NCBI RefSeq assembly: GCF_009914755.1
Contig: NC_060943.1
DNA: 64,000 nucleotides
Strand: one strand, 5' to 3'
Source of the DNA: the human T2T-CHM13v2.0 reference genome, Homo sapiens
Shown here: positions 1-29,761 of the stretch, piece after piece
How the letters are laid out: the number at the start of each line of letters is the position of its first letter
How positions within the stretch are numbered: the stretch's first letter is position 1
Program-made: the position numbers and the translations under genes
Notes under the pieces: model-generated
Seen by the model: the letters and a program-made list of their open reading frames with translations, nothing else
Told to the model about the DNA's origin: nothing
Database searches by the model: none

Positions 1-629
1 TAGATACTATTGTGTGTAGAGATTTGACAAAGGTATGGTGGCAAGTACTAATATGTCCCAGGGATCAACGGTTTGCTGGATGCATACTACACAGAGTGAT
101 ATGGAAAACCATGTAGCTGGACCTAAAGTTTAATTTTCTCTGTACACTCCACTCATGTTGTCTGGAAATATTATGTCTTTGGGCCATATTTAACTGTGAG
201 AAGCAGATTTTTACATGAAAGAAAATGTTGATCCATATGATGAGCCTCTAAAAAAACTTGCTTCTGCCCACACTGAACCAAATGGCAGCATGAATGGAAA
301 AGAAGTTTTTTCTGCACTGGTTCATAGAACATGTGTTCTCCCTTTTGTTTCACAGGAAGATGCTGCATGGTTCTTGTTTTGGAGATGTCATTGACACTGT
401 GCAAATCAGTGTACTAGGTGCCAGGGGAAAATTCTATAGTCATATTTCTTTTAAAATTTCCAATATGCTACCATGATACATGGCAAATTCCCAACTTTTC
501 ACAGCTCTAAAGCCAGACAGCATGTGTGTGTGTGGTGAGGACATGAGGCTATGGATGGGGAGTATCTTAAGGGCAGGAATCAGGTCAGTGGCATCTCTTC
601 TCAAGCCCCACCTATACACAAAGGCTCAC

Positions 630-1189
630 TGTAAGAATTAAAGAAAGAGGAAAGAAACACGAATGGTGGCTCACCAGTCAAGACAGATTTTAGAGAAAAC
701 AAACCTGAGAGGAGTTTCTGGCCGAGTTAAGTCAGAGGCACACTCTCTTACAGACTAAGAGTTTTTAAGGATTTAGGGTGGGAGAGTTTATCAGAGACTT
801 GGACTGCTTCTGAGTCTCTTTGTTGTGCTTATCTGGGAGAGAGAGGTGTGTGTCTGTACCCATACATCTTTCTGCAGCTACAGGCATACCCACTGAGTCT
901 GCTTTTAGCTTCCCTATCTTAGTGCACCTGAAGGGAAAGGAATTTGCTTATTAAGGCCCACTGTTTTACTAGGGCCATTGTATGAGGGTGAAGTTTGGCA
1001 GTAACTCAAGAGACTCTCCCCCTACCTCCCTCTGTGCCCGAGCTGTCTTATCTGTGTTTCACTGTCTGCTCTTTCTGGTTGCTTGTAGTTAGCAGAGAAG
1101 TGATTTCCTTGAAATGCATGAGGCTAGAAAGGAAATTGGAACTTAAAGAGGCAGTGTTTCTCCGAGATGACGGTGCTCCTGCTCTGTCA
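630..1189 (-). mobile_element. Solo ERV1-class LTR (LTR6-like, family tentative)
   Basis: TG...CA termini, 560 bp, exact 5-bp TSD CTCAC at 625-629 and 1190-1194. Confidence 0.8.
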
Positions 1190-1599
1190 CTCACTATATC
1201 TTTAGTGAATGAATGAATAAATGAATGGCTGCCACCTTCACTTTACCTAGGACTCTTCTTTGTTTCTCTGCCCCAGACACTCACACGGACCCTATAGAAT
1301 CCTATATCCTGCTGGACTAAACACCCAATGGATCTAGGTGAGGCTGCGACTCGGGCCAGGCCAGCAGTGATCAGCCCTGGTGTAAACAGTTGTGCACAGA
1401 AAAGCACCTCAGAGTGGAAGGACTTTAGACATGGGGTTCGCATGTCTCAGATGGCCCTGAAGGTACTGATCCAGGCTCTGGTGCTCCTGGAAGGCAAGAC
1501 TCAGATTCTGCTCCATCTCCTCCCATCTCTGGGCGGGTCTCTGGCATCTCTGGCCCATGAGGGTCAATCTGTGTGGAGGGGACAAGCTCTGAGCATGTG

Positions 1600-1739
1600 T
1601 GGGTCTGAGGTTCCTCTTCCATGCAGGGCTGAGGTCTCCTGCTCCTCCCCAGCTTCCTGTCCGGCCCTGTAGTCCTTCCCCTCCACTCCCTTCCTCTTTT
1701 CTGCTCACACAGGAAGCCCTGGAAGCTGCTTCCTCAGAC
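1600..1739 (+). promoter_or_regulatory. CD33: CD33 TATA-less proximal promoter with PU.1/ETS site
   Basis: cccttcctctttt at 1688-1700 reads AAAAGAGGAAGGG on the minus strand (PU.1 consensus); further GGAA cores at about 1712 and 1721. Confidence 0.6.
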
Positions 1740-16309
<14,570 letters not shown>

Positions 16310-16611
16310 GGAACCCACAAGAGCATCAGGCTCAGCTAGAAGATCCACATCCTCTACAGGTCGGGGACCAAAGGCTGATTCTTGGAGATTTAACACCCCA
16401 CAGGCAATGGGTTTATAGACATTATGTGAGTTTCCTGCTATATTAACATCATCTTAGACTTTGCAAGCAGAGAGTCGTGGAATCAAATCTGTGCTCTTTC
16501 ATTTGCTAAGTGTATGATGTCACACAAGCTCCTTAACCTTCCATGTCTCCATTTTCTTCTCTGTGAAGTAGGTATAAGAAGTCCTATCTCATAGGGATGC
16601 TGTGAGCATTA

Positions 16612-16617
16612 AATAAA
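16612..16617 (+). terminator. CD33: CD33 polyadenylation signal AATAAA
   Basis: AATAAA (overlapping ATTAAA) about 300 nt after the stop codon. Confidence 0.85.
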
Positions 16618-17002
16618 GGTACACATGGAAAACACCAGTCCTGGTGCAGTGAGAGTTCGGTGCATACTGGTTCCTTCCCCCTTGAACAGAAGTCATTAGT
16701 GATATTTGATCTCTGGAACTATATCAGCAACATGTCCATCTCACTTGCTGCTCAAAACCCCACCATATATGTCTTCCCTGACTTACCCTCCAACATCATC
16801 TCTCTCCACTCCTGAATCTTCTCTTTTCATCTCACCTGTCCCCTACTCGGATTTCTGCTTTCTTTATGTCCTGCTACAGGGAAAATCACATATTAGCATT
16901 TGGGGAATTTTCTAAAACTCAGAGCTGACCATAGTGAAAATAGTTCCCTAGATCCCCAACCCACAGGAATAATTTGAAGCTTCTCAATGTGACATTCTAA
17001 GT

Positions 17003-17210
17003 CAGAGATGGTCAACCAGTATTAGCAAAGGGCCAGATAGTAAACATGTTCAGTTTTGCAAGCAATGTGGTCTCTATTGCAACTATTTAATTCCGCCATT
17101 GTAGCAACAAAGCAGCCACAGACAATCTGAAAATGAATTATATGGCCATGTTCCGACAAAATGCTATTTATCAGAACAGGCAGCCCACGGGCTGTGGTGT
17201 GCTGACCTCT
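17003..17210. mobile_element. MER58A-like hAT MITE
   Basis: ggccagatagtaaa...attgtagc..aaagcagcca.agacaat motif. Confidence 0.6.
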
Positions 17211-18350
17211 ATTCTATGTTGCTCTGAATCTCGCTCAGTCTACTCTTCCATTGCCACATCCTACACTCTATGGACCCCATTCTAATGCATTCCTCCCTGT
17301 CTGTTTGAATCCACATCCCTCTTCCAAGAAGGGCTGTCACCATGTCATCATCGGGCACCATCTTTTTATCCTTCCAAATGACCTCAAAGGTAGATGTCTA
17401 AATTGAGATGGCAGAAAGAAGCTCACAATCATCCTCCCAAAAAGCCTAATTAAAATGATAAAAATCAGTTTAAGAAAACCAGCCCCAAATTCATCAGCAG
17501 CACCCAAACCATTACAGGGGGTGAAAGCATTATGCCATAAGCTCACAATACCCTTTAGATAAACAAATGGAAGATTCTGGTGTTGCGGTGGCTCACGCCT
17601 GCAATTCCAACACTTTGGGAGGCCAAGCCCGAACCCTGCTAGGCTGTGCCCGCCTCCGCCTCCCCTGCCCATGGGAGTGGCGGGTGCCCCTCCAGGGTCC
17701 ACCTCACCCAGCCCAGACCCCCAGGGTGCTCTGCCCCATAGATGGGAGGCAACTGCCCAGGGTGCAGGGGCAGTGAGGGCGCTGCTGGCTGAGGGACATG
17801 CCCCATCCTGGGGAGGGAGGGTGAGTGTGTCAGGGAGGGGACAGCCCTGCAGTTGTCAGAGGTGGGGCTGGAGCAGCACAGGTTTCCTCTGGTTACAAAC
17901 TACTCCTAGGTGCATACCTAACAGAAATGCATACAAATGTTCTTCAAATATACAGAAGAATGTTCATAGCAGCACTAATTGTAATGACTGAAAATAAAAC
18001 CTACCCAATACCAATCAACAGTAATACAGATAAATAAATTATGGATTATTTCTGCAATGGAAGAAGCAAATAATGACTCCATACAACATGTATGAATCTT
18101 AGAAATATAATGTTGAGTGAAAGAACCCAGATACAGAAAGTACATACTATGTGATGTACTTGATACAAGGTTTAGAAACACACATAACTAATCTTTGGTG
18201 TTCAAAGTCCAGATACTGGTGACTAGTGGGGCGGAGGTCAGGGGCTGGTGGTTAGTAACGACTAGAAGGGGGCATTAGGGAGTTCTGGGAGATTCTGGTA
18301 AGGATCTGTTCTTTGGGGATTTTGTTTGTTTGTTTTTGTTTTGTTTTTGA

Positions 18351-18488
<138 letters not shown>

Positions 18489-19176
18489 TAAATAATTTTT
18501 TTAGTTTTGTGTAGAGACATGGTCTCCGCATGTTGGCCAGGCTGGTTTTGAACTTCTGGGCTCAAGCGATCCTCCTGCCTCAGCCTCCCAGAGTGCTGGA
18601 ACTATAGGCATGAGCCACTGCACCTAGCCCAGGATCTTTTTTTTTGATCTGGCTACTAATTGCTCAGATGTCATCACTCTGTGAAAATTTTTTTGGTAAA
18701 GCACTTGTGATGTGTTCCCTTTTCTACATGCATGTTACTCTTTAATCAAATTTACATTAATATTTTTATAAATTATCCTTGTTAGTATTTAGCTCTGATC
18801 TCCAAACTGTCAGCTTCCCCAGGTCAGGAACTGTACTATGTCCAGCCCTGTATTTTTAGAGTCCAGCCTTGGACACAGCACATGAAGTGTACTCAGTAAA
18901 TCTTTGAAATGACCTGAACTCAATCCAGGTGGGAACCACAAGGTTGGACTCTGATGAGGCCTCACAAGTTACATTTCCAGCCCAGGCCTCTCTCCTAAGC
19001 TCTAATCTCCTATATTCTCCTGCACATCTCTCCCCGAATGACCTGCAGGCTCCATGCTTTTAATGCACCCCAAACTGGACTCATCTTTCCTTAAGCCTGG
19101 TTGTCTTCCAGGTTTGCCATCCAGAGGTGTGAGGATTCCCATCTGCAGTCACGGCACCTGGTACTCAATGCCTGGG

Positions 19177-19540
19177 TGTCTTAGTTTGTTTGGGTTACTA
19201 TAGCCAACTACCATAAACTGGGTGGCTTATAAACAATAGAAATTTATTTCTCACAGTTCTAGAGTCTAGAAAGTCCAAGATCAAGGGACCAGCAGATTCC
19301 ATGTCTGATGAGGGCTCATTTTCTGATTCATAGACAATGCCTTCTCGCTGTGTCCTCACATGGTAGAAAGGCAGGGAAGGGAGCTCTCTCAGGTCGCTTT
19401 TATAAGGGCACTAATCCCATTCATGGGGGCTTCACCCTCATGACCTAATCACCTACCAAAGGCCCCACCTTCAAATACCATCACACTGGTGATTAGGCTT
19501 CAACATATGAATATGGGGGGACATAAGCATTCAGTCTATC
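19177..19540. mobile_element. MLT1 (MaLR) LTR
   Basis: tgtcttagtt...gaaatttatttctcacagttct...aagtccaagatcaagg. Confidence 0.75.
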
Positions 19541-20848
19541 TCAATGAGCAAGGAGAGCATAACACCCCTGTGCCGAGTTCTAACCTCCCACCAAGACAAA
19601 ATTTCTGGCCTACATTCATGGTTTCTTGTGAAACAGGCCTCCTTACCTTCCCTAATCTCTCAGATCCCAATTTAGGTTCCTCTGCCTGTTCCTCTAAGAG
19701 GCCACTGTTTGAACCACTTCCTGAATCTGGTGAGTTTATACCTCTTCCTCCTCCTCCTCCCTTCTCCTGGCTCCCTCTCCTCTGGGGACTGTGAGCTCCA
19801 CTGGCCACAGTATGAAATACCTCAAGGCCCAAGTACAAGGTCTTCTCCAGCATGAAGCATCCTTCAACTTCGCACTACCCTGGGACGAATCTGGAACTCC
19901 CTCCTCTGGGATCCCACAGGCTCCCATCCATCTCTCCACCACAGCTATACTCCCAGGATCTAGAATCTGTTAAAATTGTCTTAACGAAGGCAGCAGAAGG
20001 CAGCAATTAAAATTTTCACTTCCTTCACAGTAGCCAAAAATTGGAAGCAACCCAAATGTCCATCAACTAATGAAGGAATAAACAAAATCTGGTACATTCC
20101 TGCAATGCATATCATTCAGACATAAAGATGGGCCGAAGTACAGATACATGCTACAACGTGTATGAACTTCGAAAGCATCACACCAAGTGAAAGAAGCCAG
20201 ACACTAAAGATCACGTACCATATGATTCCATTGATATGAAATGTCTAGAATAGGAAATACATTTCTGGAGGCAGAAAGCAGGTCGGCGGTTGCCAGGGGC
20301 TTCGAGGAGGGCAGTGACTGCTTAGTGAGTACATGCTTTCCTTTTGGGGCAATGAAAATGTTTAGAACCAAACAGAGGTTGTGGTTACACAACGTTGTGT
20401 ATGTACTGAATGCCACCGAGTTGTTCACTTTAACATGTTCATTGTATGTAACGTGATTTTACATCAATAAAAAAAAATAATAATTTAAGCTTTCAAGTCA
20501 GATCTCCAGCATCTGAACACCTGCCTCACCACTGAACCTCCTGCTACTTCCATTTGCTTATCTGTTAAATGGGGATAATAGCACCACTTAGTTCACTGGT
20601 TCATCCTGAGGATTCAATGAATCAATGCTTGACAGAGTGGCTGGTGCATGCCAAGCCCCCAGCTCTTGGGGGCTGGTCAAAGTGAACTCAGCCACTAGCC
20701 AAATTCTTCAAGGTAATGATTCGATTCACTGAATGACCTGCAGGTTTCCAGCTATATCCTTGTGGCGCCAGGCTTTTCACTTGCACCCTGATTACATGGC
20801 TGACCCTGTGGTCACAGGGAAAACTGACGTGCAAGATAGTAAAAGTGA

Positions 20849-21077
<229 letters not shown>

Positions 21078-21506
21078 TGAACTCCTGACCTCGGGTGATC
21101 TGCCCACCTCAGCCTCTCAAAGTGCTAGGACTACAGGCGTGAGTCACAGTGCCCGGCCATATAAAGCCTATTTTAAGTCTCCATGGCCAGAGTTTTGTTC
21201 CACTTCTCCCTTTCCCTCTTCACCCATTCCTGTAAGTCACCAAGTTCCTGGCCTGTCCCCTTCCCCTTACTCTCAGATCCAGGTCCCATCTTGACTCCTC
21301 TTCCCCAGAACATGGCAAAAGCCTCCTCCCCAGCCTCTGGGCTCCAGTCCCACCCCAACCAGCCCATCACCAAAACCATCAGCAATGGGAGCTTTCTAAT
21401 ACTCACCTCTAACCCTGTATCTTTCTTGCTAAATATCCTCCCATGCCTGCCTCTTTGCCTCAAGATGATGTTCTGACTCTAGTGAGAGTTATTCAAGCTT
21501 TTCCCA

Positions 21507-22114
<608 letters not shown>

Positions 22115-22377
22115 TTACAATCTCACCCTCAGCTACCACCCCTCACACATCTCAGCCACATCCTAGAGATTGCATGTCCCTCTGTGCCTCTCCATGCTTC
22201 ATTCATGTGGTTCTGTCTCTTTGCAATATTGTCCCCTGCCCTCCTTCTTTGCAGCACACACTCATCCTTTGAGAGCTGGTTCAAACATCACCTCCTCAGA
22301 CAAGCTGCATTCCCTACCCTGTCCCCTCTCCCAGCCCCTGTACTTTCCCACAGCTTGGATTAGAGCAGTTTATCAAC

Positions 22378-23054
22378 TGCTGTTGGTGGGCCAGTTCAGG
22401 TTCTTGACTTTGCGGCACAAAAGAATTTGAGAGCGAGTCCAAAGTAAGAGTAGGCAAAGAAGTTTATTACAAAGCGAAAGTACACCCTGAGAGGCAGAGG
22501 GAGGGAGAGACAGCCTCTAGCATCTCAAGGTAATTCCTTTCATGGGAACTATACATACATATTCATAAAATATTGGTGAGTCCAGCATGAAAGGCATGCA
22601 CTCAGAATCTATGTGCTCTAACACGCATTGCATGTATCATTAGCATATAAAATCTCCACCTAGGGGTGTATTTTCTACTATTCAAATGAGGAAAAGGTCA
22701 CTATAAGCTAAACTTTGAACATAGCTGCACCCGCAGAGCCCTGGAGAAGTTCCCAGCTCCCCCAAGGCAGGAATTTGTAGCTCACAGCTTCTTGGGTTTT
22801 TGGTGTTGATTGGCTGGAGACTGGGGAAACTACACCATGAATAAGTGGCTTTTGTTCTCTTTCCCAGGCCACATTAACAGGAACTTGCAACCATCTGGTG
22901 GTCTGCTTGTATCCTGTAGGACTGTTTATCTTGCAAGAGTTAGGTGCTGACTCACGAGAGTGAAAACCAAAGAATCTGCTTCGAAAGGGATCCATGGGGC
23001 TTTGCGCAAGGATACAAGTGAGTATGGCCTCCTAACCTTACTTATCCTGCCTCA
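22378..23054 (-). mobile_element. Solo ERV1 LTR
   Basis: TG...CA, 4-bp TSD CAAC (22374-22377, 23055-23058). Confidence 0.75.
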
Positions 23055-23125
23055 CAACCTCAACGATATTCATATTCTGGCATTTGGGGCTGGATAATTC
23101 TTTGGTGGTGGTGGTTAGGGGAGGG

Positions 23126-23792
23126 TGTGGCAGGTCAGGTCTCCCTAACCGCTGAACAGGCAGGCCTCCATAACAACTGTCTCAGCACTGATTGAGTGGT
23201 TAAGTTAAATATTAAAAGCTGACAGAGCCAGTGCCCTCATACAAAGGCTGGAATGTAACAAAAGCCCACCAAGAATTTTGCCCAGGCCTTTTCTGGGCCT
23301 TGAGCATAACAAGATAATGAAGGAATTCTTAACAGGACCCGTTTAGGATTAAACAAGTTTTATTGGGGGGTCTGAAGAAACTCCTCTAAGCCTCCACAAA
23401 CAAGTTTATTGGGGGTCTGAAGGAACTCCCCAAACCTCCATGATTTAGCAGGAGACAAGATAAGGGTAATCACCCCAGCACCTGGACCCATTTAGTTTAA
23501 ATAAATTTACTGAGGCTACAGAGGAAGATCTTCAGGACTGACATCTTAGTTACAGATTGGAAGAAGTTAATCGCTTACGTCTAGATGAATGCACTCTTAC
23601 ATGTAGACAAATAGCTTAGAAGGTATATGAGCTCTGGAAAACTTTGTAATTTTGAGTTGGTCTGGCAATATTTTCCAGATCTTCTCCCTGTGCCCAGTTA
23701 CAGAAATAAACTCCCTTCTCTCCCAGTTCACCTGCATCTTGTCATTGGGCTAAGAGAATAAGCAGCCTGACCCTTGGTTTGGTCCAGGAACA
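23126..23792 (+). mobile_element. Solo ERV1 LTR, MER39-like
   Basis: tgtggcagg.caggtctc start, AATAAA at about 23705, 4-bp TSD AGGG (23122-23125, 23793-23796). Confidence 0.8.
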
Positions 23793-23993
23793 AGGGTGCA
23801 TGGTCAGATGTTGAGCAGCGTCTCTAGGTTGTACACACAAGATGTCAGTAGCTCCCCTAGTCCAGTTTTGACAACCAAAAAAGGACTCCAGATATTGTCA
23901 GGTGTCTATCAGGGTGCAAAAAAGCACCAAATTGAGAAACACTGAACTAGAGCCTTCCTCCTCTGTATTCACATAGATACTTGAACAAAATGA

Positions 23994-24266
<273 letters not shown>

Positions 24267-24599
24267 TGACCTCAGGTGATCCACCCGCCTCAGCCTCCCA
24301 AAGTGTTGGGATTACAGGCGTGAGCCACCGTGTCCGGCCGTTGCCCAATTTCAAAACAATTTAGTGCATTTGAAGAAGTTTATCGCAAAGCAAAAGTACA
24401 CCCTGAGAGGCAGACGGAGGGAGAGATAGCCCCTAGTGTCTCAAGGGTCTCAAGACCCCCAGTAAAACTTGTTTAATCCTGAACGGGTCCTGTTAAGAAT
24501 TCCTTTGTTATCACATTTATGAAGACGGTCTTGAGAAATCCTGAGGTTCTAATTTCTTTGTTTTCCAAACTTTTCCTGCATGCCTACTACATGCTACAC

Positions 24600-25182
24600 C
24601 AATACAGGAGTTAAGAAGGAATTACTTAGGCCCAGAGCAAGGGCATGGGAGTCCTTGGTAAGGCTTTTCTTTTTAATGAAAAGCAGCCCCAAATCAGTTT
24701 CTAACAAAGAGCAGCCTGCAACCTGGGAGCTTGCATGAGTGAATGACGGCAGGAACTAAGGAATGGACATTTTCAAGATGGCCGCTCCATCTTCCCTTCT
24801 CTGTCACATGTGCTGTAAGGAGCAGACAAGGTGGCACTGATCAACTGGAAAGTCCATTTGCATAAGAAGATTAGGGTGGGGTTACCAGCCTTCCTTGTGT
24901 GCTATTTAAACATTATACCCGATCAAACCAATCTATGAGCCTTATGTGAATCAGACACCACCTCCTCAAATGGGACTATAAAATTTGCAGCATTCACCAC
25001 CAGATGGTCTTTTTTTCCGTTCCAAGACCCCTTCCTCTTTAGAGGAAGCAGTTTCTCTTTCTCTTCTCTTCTACCCATTAAACCTCCACTCCTAAAATCC
25101 TCGTGTGTTTCTGTGTCCTAAATTGTCCTGGCATGTGCCAGCGGAACCCCATGTTTATACCCCAAGTAACCTAGCTGCTTCA
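24600..25182 (+). mobile_element. ERV1 LTR (MER61-like)
   Basis: atacaggagttaagaag start, TATAAAA at about 24977, ATTAAA at about 25077, ends gctgcttca. Confidence 0.65.
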
Positions 25183-26337
25183 GCTCCTCCAAGAACATCA
25201 AAAGGAAGAAGATACAGTCCCTGGCTGATATGAAAATATAAACTTAGACACATTAAAATTTTAAAGAATTTATTTGAGCTGACATTCATGAATCCAGAAG
25301 TGCCAAACCACCTAGTGGGCACACAAGGAAAACTTTTATAAGGTATTCCTGGAATCAAAACAAAGAAAATAGTTTCATTTGGTTAAAGGGGAACGGTAGC
25401 CTTAAAGTTTGTAATTAGAGGTCAACTGGCAGTTTCTGATTGGTAAAGTCTCTACTTAGAGGTTAGTAGGCAGTTTCGATTGGTTAAGCCTAAGTTTCAT
25501 TTTTCTAGGATATGACCATTCACTTTGAGTTAGGTTTGAATTTGCTTACTTGGAAACAAAGGCCTTGGAGCCATCTCAGCCTAATGGCTTCCCAGTTAGT
25601 TATTTTGACAATTGGGAGAGCTCAAGTTCATGGGGTAAGGTTTGGGAAAGGGACAGAAATAGGTAACTTACTGAAACACAGTATGATAAGGTTCCTATAA
25701 AGATGGCAAAGGATATAAATTATGGGGATAATTATGGCCTAGGGTCTGGGGACCCAAGGGCAAGAGCTTTCAGGGATGGGAAAGAAGTTAGAAAAGGCTT
25801 CTCAGAGGAAGCCCCTTTCTAACTGCACCTTGAAGGGAAAGCAAGAGCCAGCAAGCAGAGAAGCGAGGAAAAGCAGTTTAGGTACTGATAATATCAATTA
25901 CAAAGCAAGGAGGTAGAAGAGGGGCTGGCAGATGTTTAGGTAATAGCAGTCAGTCTGCTACAGCTAGGGTAAAGGGAACAAAGTCAGGTCCCCTCTCGGG
26001 AAGTCTATCTGGGGCCTGCTCTGCAAGCTGTAAGGGCCATGGAGTAAGGCCCTGGAGGGTGAACATCATCCTTCAGTCTGTCACATTAAAAAAAAAAAAT
26101 CTGCACATAAATAAGGCAAGATTTTATCCAAAACAATTATTCCAATAAAGGGAGAAGAATCTTTGCAGCAGTGGAAGGGGAACTGCTGCAACAGGGAGGT
26201 GGAGACTGTTGTAATAGGGAGTGGAGGTCTCCCATGTACCATAAAACAAAACCAAAAAGTGAGCTTCTATTCTAGTGGCACAGTCAAACCATAAACAAAA
26301 ATACCATTAGCAAATGATATTTAGCACAAAGTGTTTT

Positions 26338-27198
<861 letters not shown>

Positions 27199-27329
27199 TT
27201 TTGAAAGTGTAATGGGTAAGAAAGTGCGTGACGGATAAAGTGTGAGAAAAAATAAACAGGGTTAAACAAGAGGAACGGAGTCCTCAGGGTTGGAGAGGAG
27301 TGTGGTTTCATCAGCACGGGCTGGAAAGG

Positions 27330-28175
27330 CCTTGCTGGGAAGAAAATTGGCCCACAAACTACCCTGGCACCGCCCCCAGCTGCGGATTGGCTCAAGCCCT
27401 CAAGATCCAATTGGGCACAAAGGTTGGAGGAGGGAGTTGCAGTTGCAGTTCCTGATTGACTCTGGCAGCCGTGCATCAGCTCCCAGGGGCACACGCCTGT
27501 GGGCACAATGCTTCTGCTTCATTGATTGGCTGTAGAATAAGCTCATGCAGCCTCTGATTGGCTATAAAATAAGCCCATGCAGCCTCTGATTGGCTGCAAC
27601 ATAAGCCCATGCAGCCTCTCATTGGTTGTAAAATAAGCACATGCAGCCTCTGATTGGCTGTGTAAAGTAAGCCCATGCAGCCGCTGATTGGCTGCGGGTG
27701 GATGCACTCACCTAAGGATGCGAGCTAGCAGGTCTTGCAGCGGCTATCACGCCCCTCACGCCGCTATCTCTGTGCAGCCGACTGAGGATCCCTAGTCGCA
27801 TAAGGCTGTGCCTGGCCTGTTGGCGTCCCTGGCAGTTGTTGGGTTCTGGCGGTTGTTGGGTCCCTGGCAGTTGTTGGCGGTTGTTGGGTTCCTTCATTGA
27901 AACTGCACTAACTGGGCTTCCAGTCAGCGTCAGTCAGCGGATCCTTGGGCCGTGGGGCAGCCGCAGGTCGGTTAGGCCACCAGGGCGGCTCTCGTGCCAG
28001 TGAGGCCCCTGAGAGCCCTTTGGTCAGACAGAGGCTAAATCTGAACAGTCAGGCGGTGAGATTAAGCATAGTCAGGGAGTTCGCCAGGAGCCAGCGTTCC
28101 TCAGCCTCCACCACGTCAGTCACCTGGTCAGCCAGAGGGCAGCTGGGGCGACATCCATCTACCAAGAAGGTAAGC
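27330..28175 (+). promoter_or_regulatory. GC/CpG-enriched promoter and probable non-coding first exon (likely SIGLECL1)
   Basis: GC box, CCAAT array, four TGGC[A/G]GTTG MYB sites, strong donor AAG|GTAAGC at 28170; linkage to SIGLECL1 is inferred. Confidence 0.6.
27510..27695. repeat. 32-bp tandem repeat, 6 units, one CCAAT box each
   Basis: Unit ~gcccatgcagcctctgattggctgtaaaataa; ATTGG at 27525, 27557, 27589, 27621, 27653 and 27687. Confidence 0.95.
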
Positions 28176-28658
28176 AAGCGGCCCGTGGGTTCACAATCAG
28201 GTCAGTGCCCTTATGAGTCAACGGTTAGTCCCTTTGAAAATCAGTTCATGAGAAAATCCACTCCCTTCAGAACCTGCCCTGTTCATTGGTTAGTTAGGCT
28301 CCCGCTAAGTCGGTCTCTTGGTAAGTTACACCCCTGCAAGGCACCCAGTCATTACTCACACAGTTATCCCATGTGTGTCTATCAGTTTCATTGTTAGTTA
28401 TCCTGGCTTTCCCTAGAAAATCGTTTTCCTCACCATAAATAGGTCAGTCATTAGTAAGTCAGCCCTTCCCTTAGAAAGCCGAACACCTTTGCATCACTCA
28501 CACCCTGCTAAGGAAATACACAGATGGAAGTGTGCTGAGAACAGAGAATATCCTGAGCCCTTTGGAACAAGAGACAGAAGGAAAATTGAGAGACATGATG
28601 GTGAAGGAAAATTGAGAGACATGGTGGTCAAGGAAAATAGGCTGGGCGCAGTGGCTCA

Positions 28659-29123
<465 letters not shown>

Positions 29124-29584
29124 TCAGTGCTTTACTGGCAAATCCTGGCCCAGGACCTAGACAAGGCTCATTCCGACCATCTAACATGGGCTTTTAAACA
29201 GAAGAAAGGGGAAGGAAAAAAAAATTGACAATGCAAAAAGAAAGTGGATATGTGGCGTGAATGAGAGAGGCATTTAACGACCTGGAAACTTGGGCGATAT
29301 CTTTTTTATGTGAGAAGGAAAAAGGGCAATCAGTCTGGAGGCTAAGGGTTGGGAGCACAGACCACTCAGAGAGGTCTGTTAAAACATGCCGAAATATGGA
29401 ATAGGAAAGGACAGGGCTGGTTCCAGAACTCTGGGAAGGGATTAGGGGTGGTCAAGAGTGGTCCCAGGCTGAGTGTGTTGGTTCACGGCTGCAATCCCAG
29501 CACTTTGGGAGGCTGAGGTGAGAAGACTGCTTGAGCCCAGGAGTTCGAGACCAGCCTGGGTAACATAGTGAGACTCTGTCTCTA

Positions 29585-29761
<177 letters not shown>

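Larger units (their letters stand above)
22366..23945. mobile_element. MER20-like hAT element split by two LTR insertions
   Basis: cagtt.atcaac...ttgagaaacactg terminal inverted repeats; body fragments at 23059-23125 and 23797-23945. Confidence 0.65.

Noticed and set aside
27510-27695. CRISPR-like periodic array
   Set aside because: Head-to-tail units with no unique spacers, in eukaryotic DNA; a minisatellite.
27945-28397. 150-aa ORF in the GC-rich promoter region
   Set aside because: Non-ATG start, runs across the donor at 28170, no domain; more likely 5' UTR and intron.
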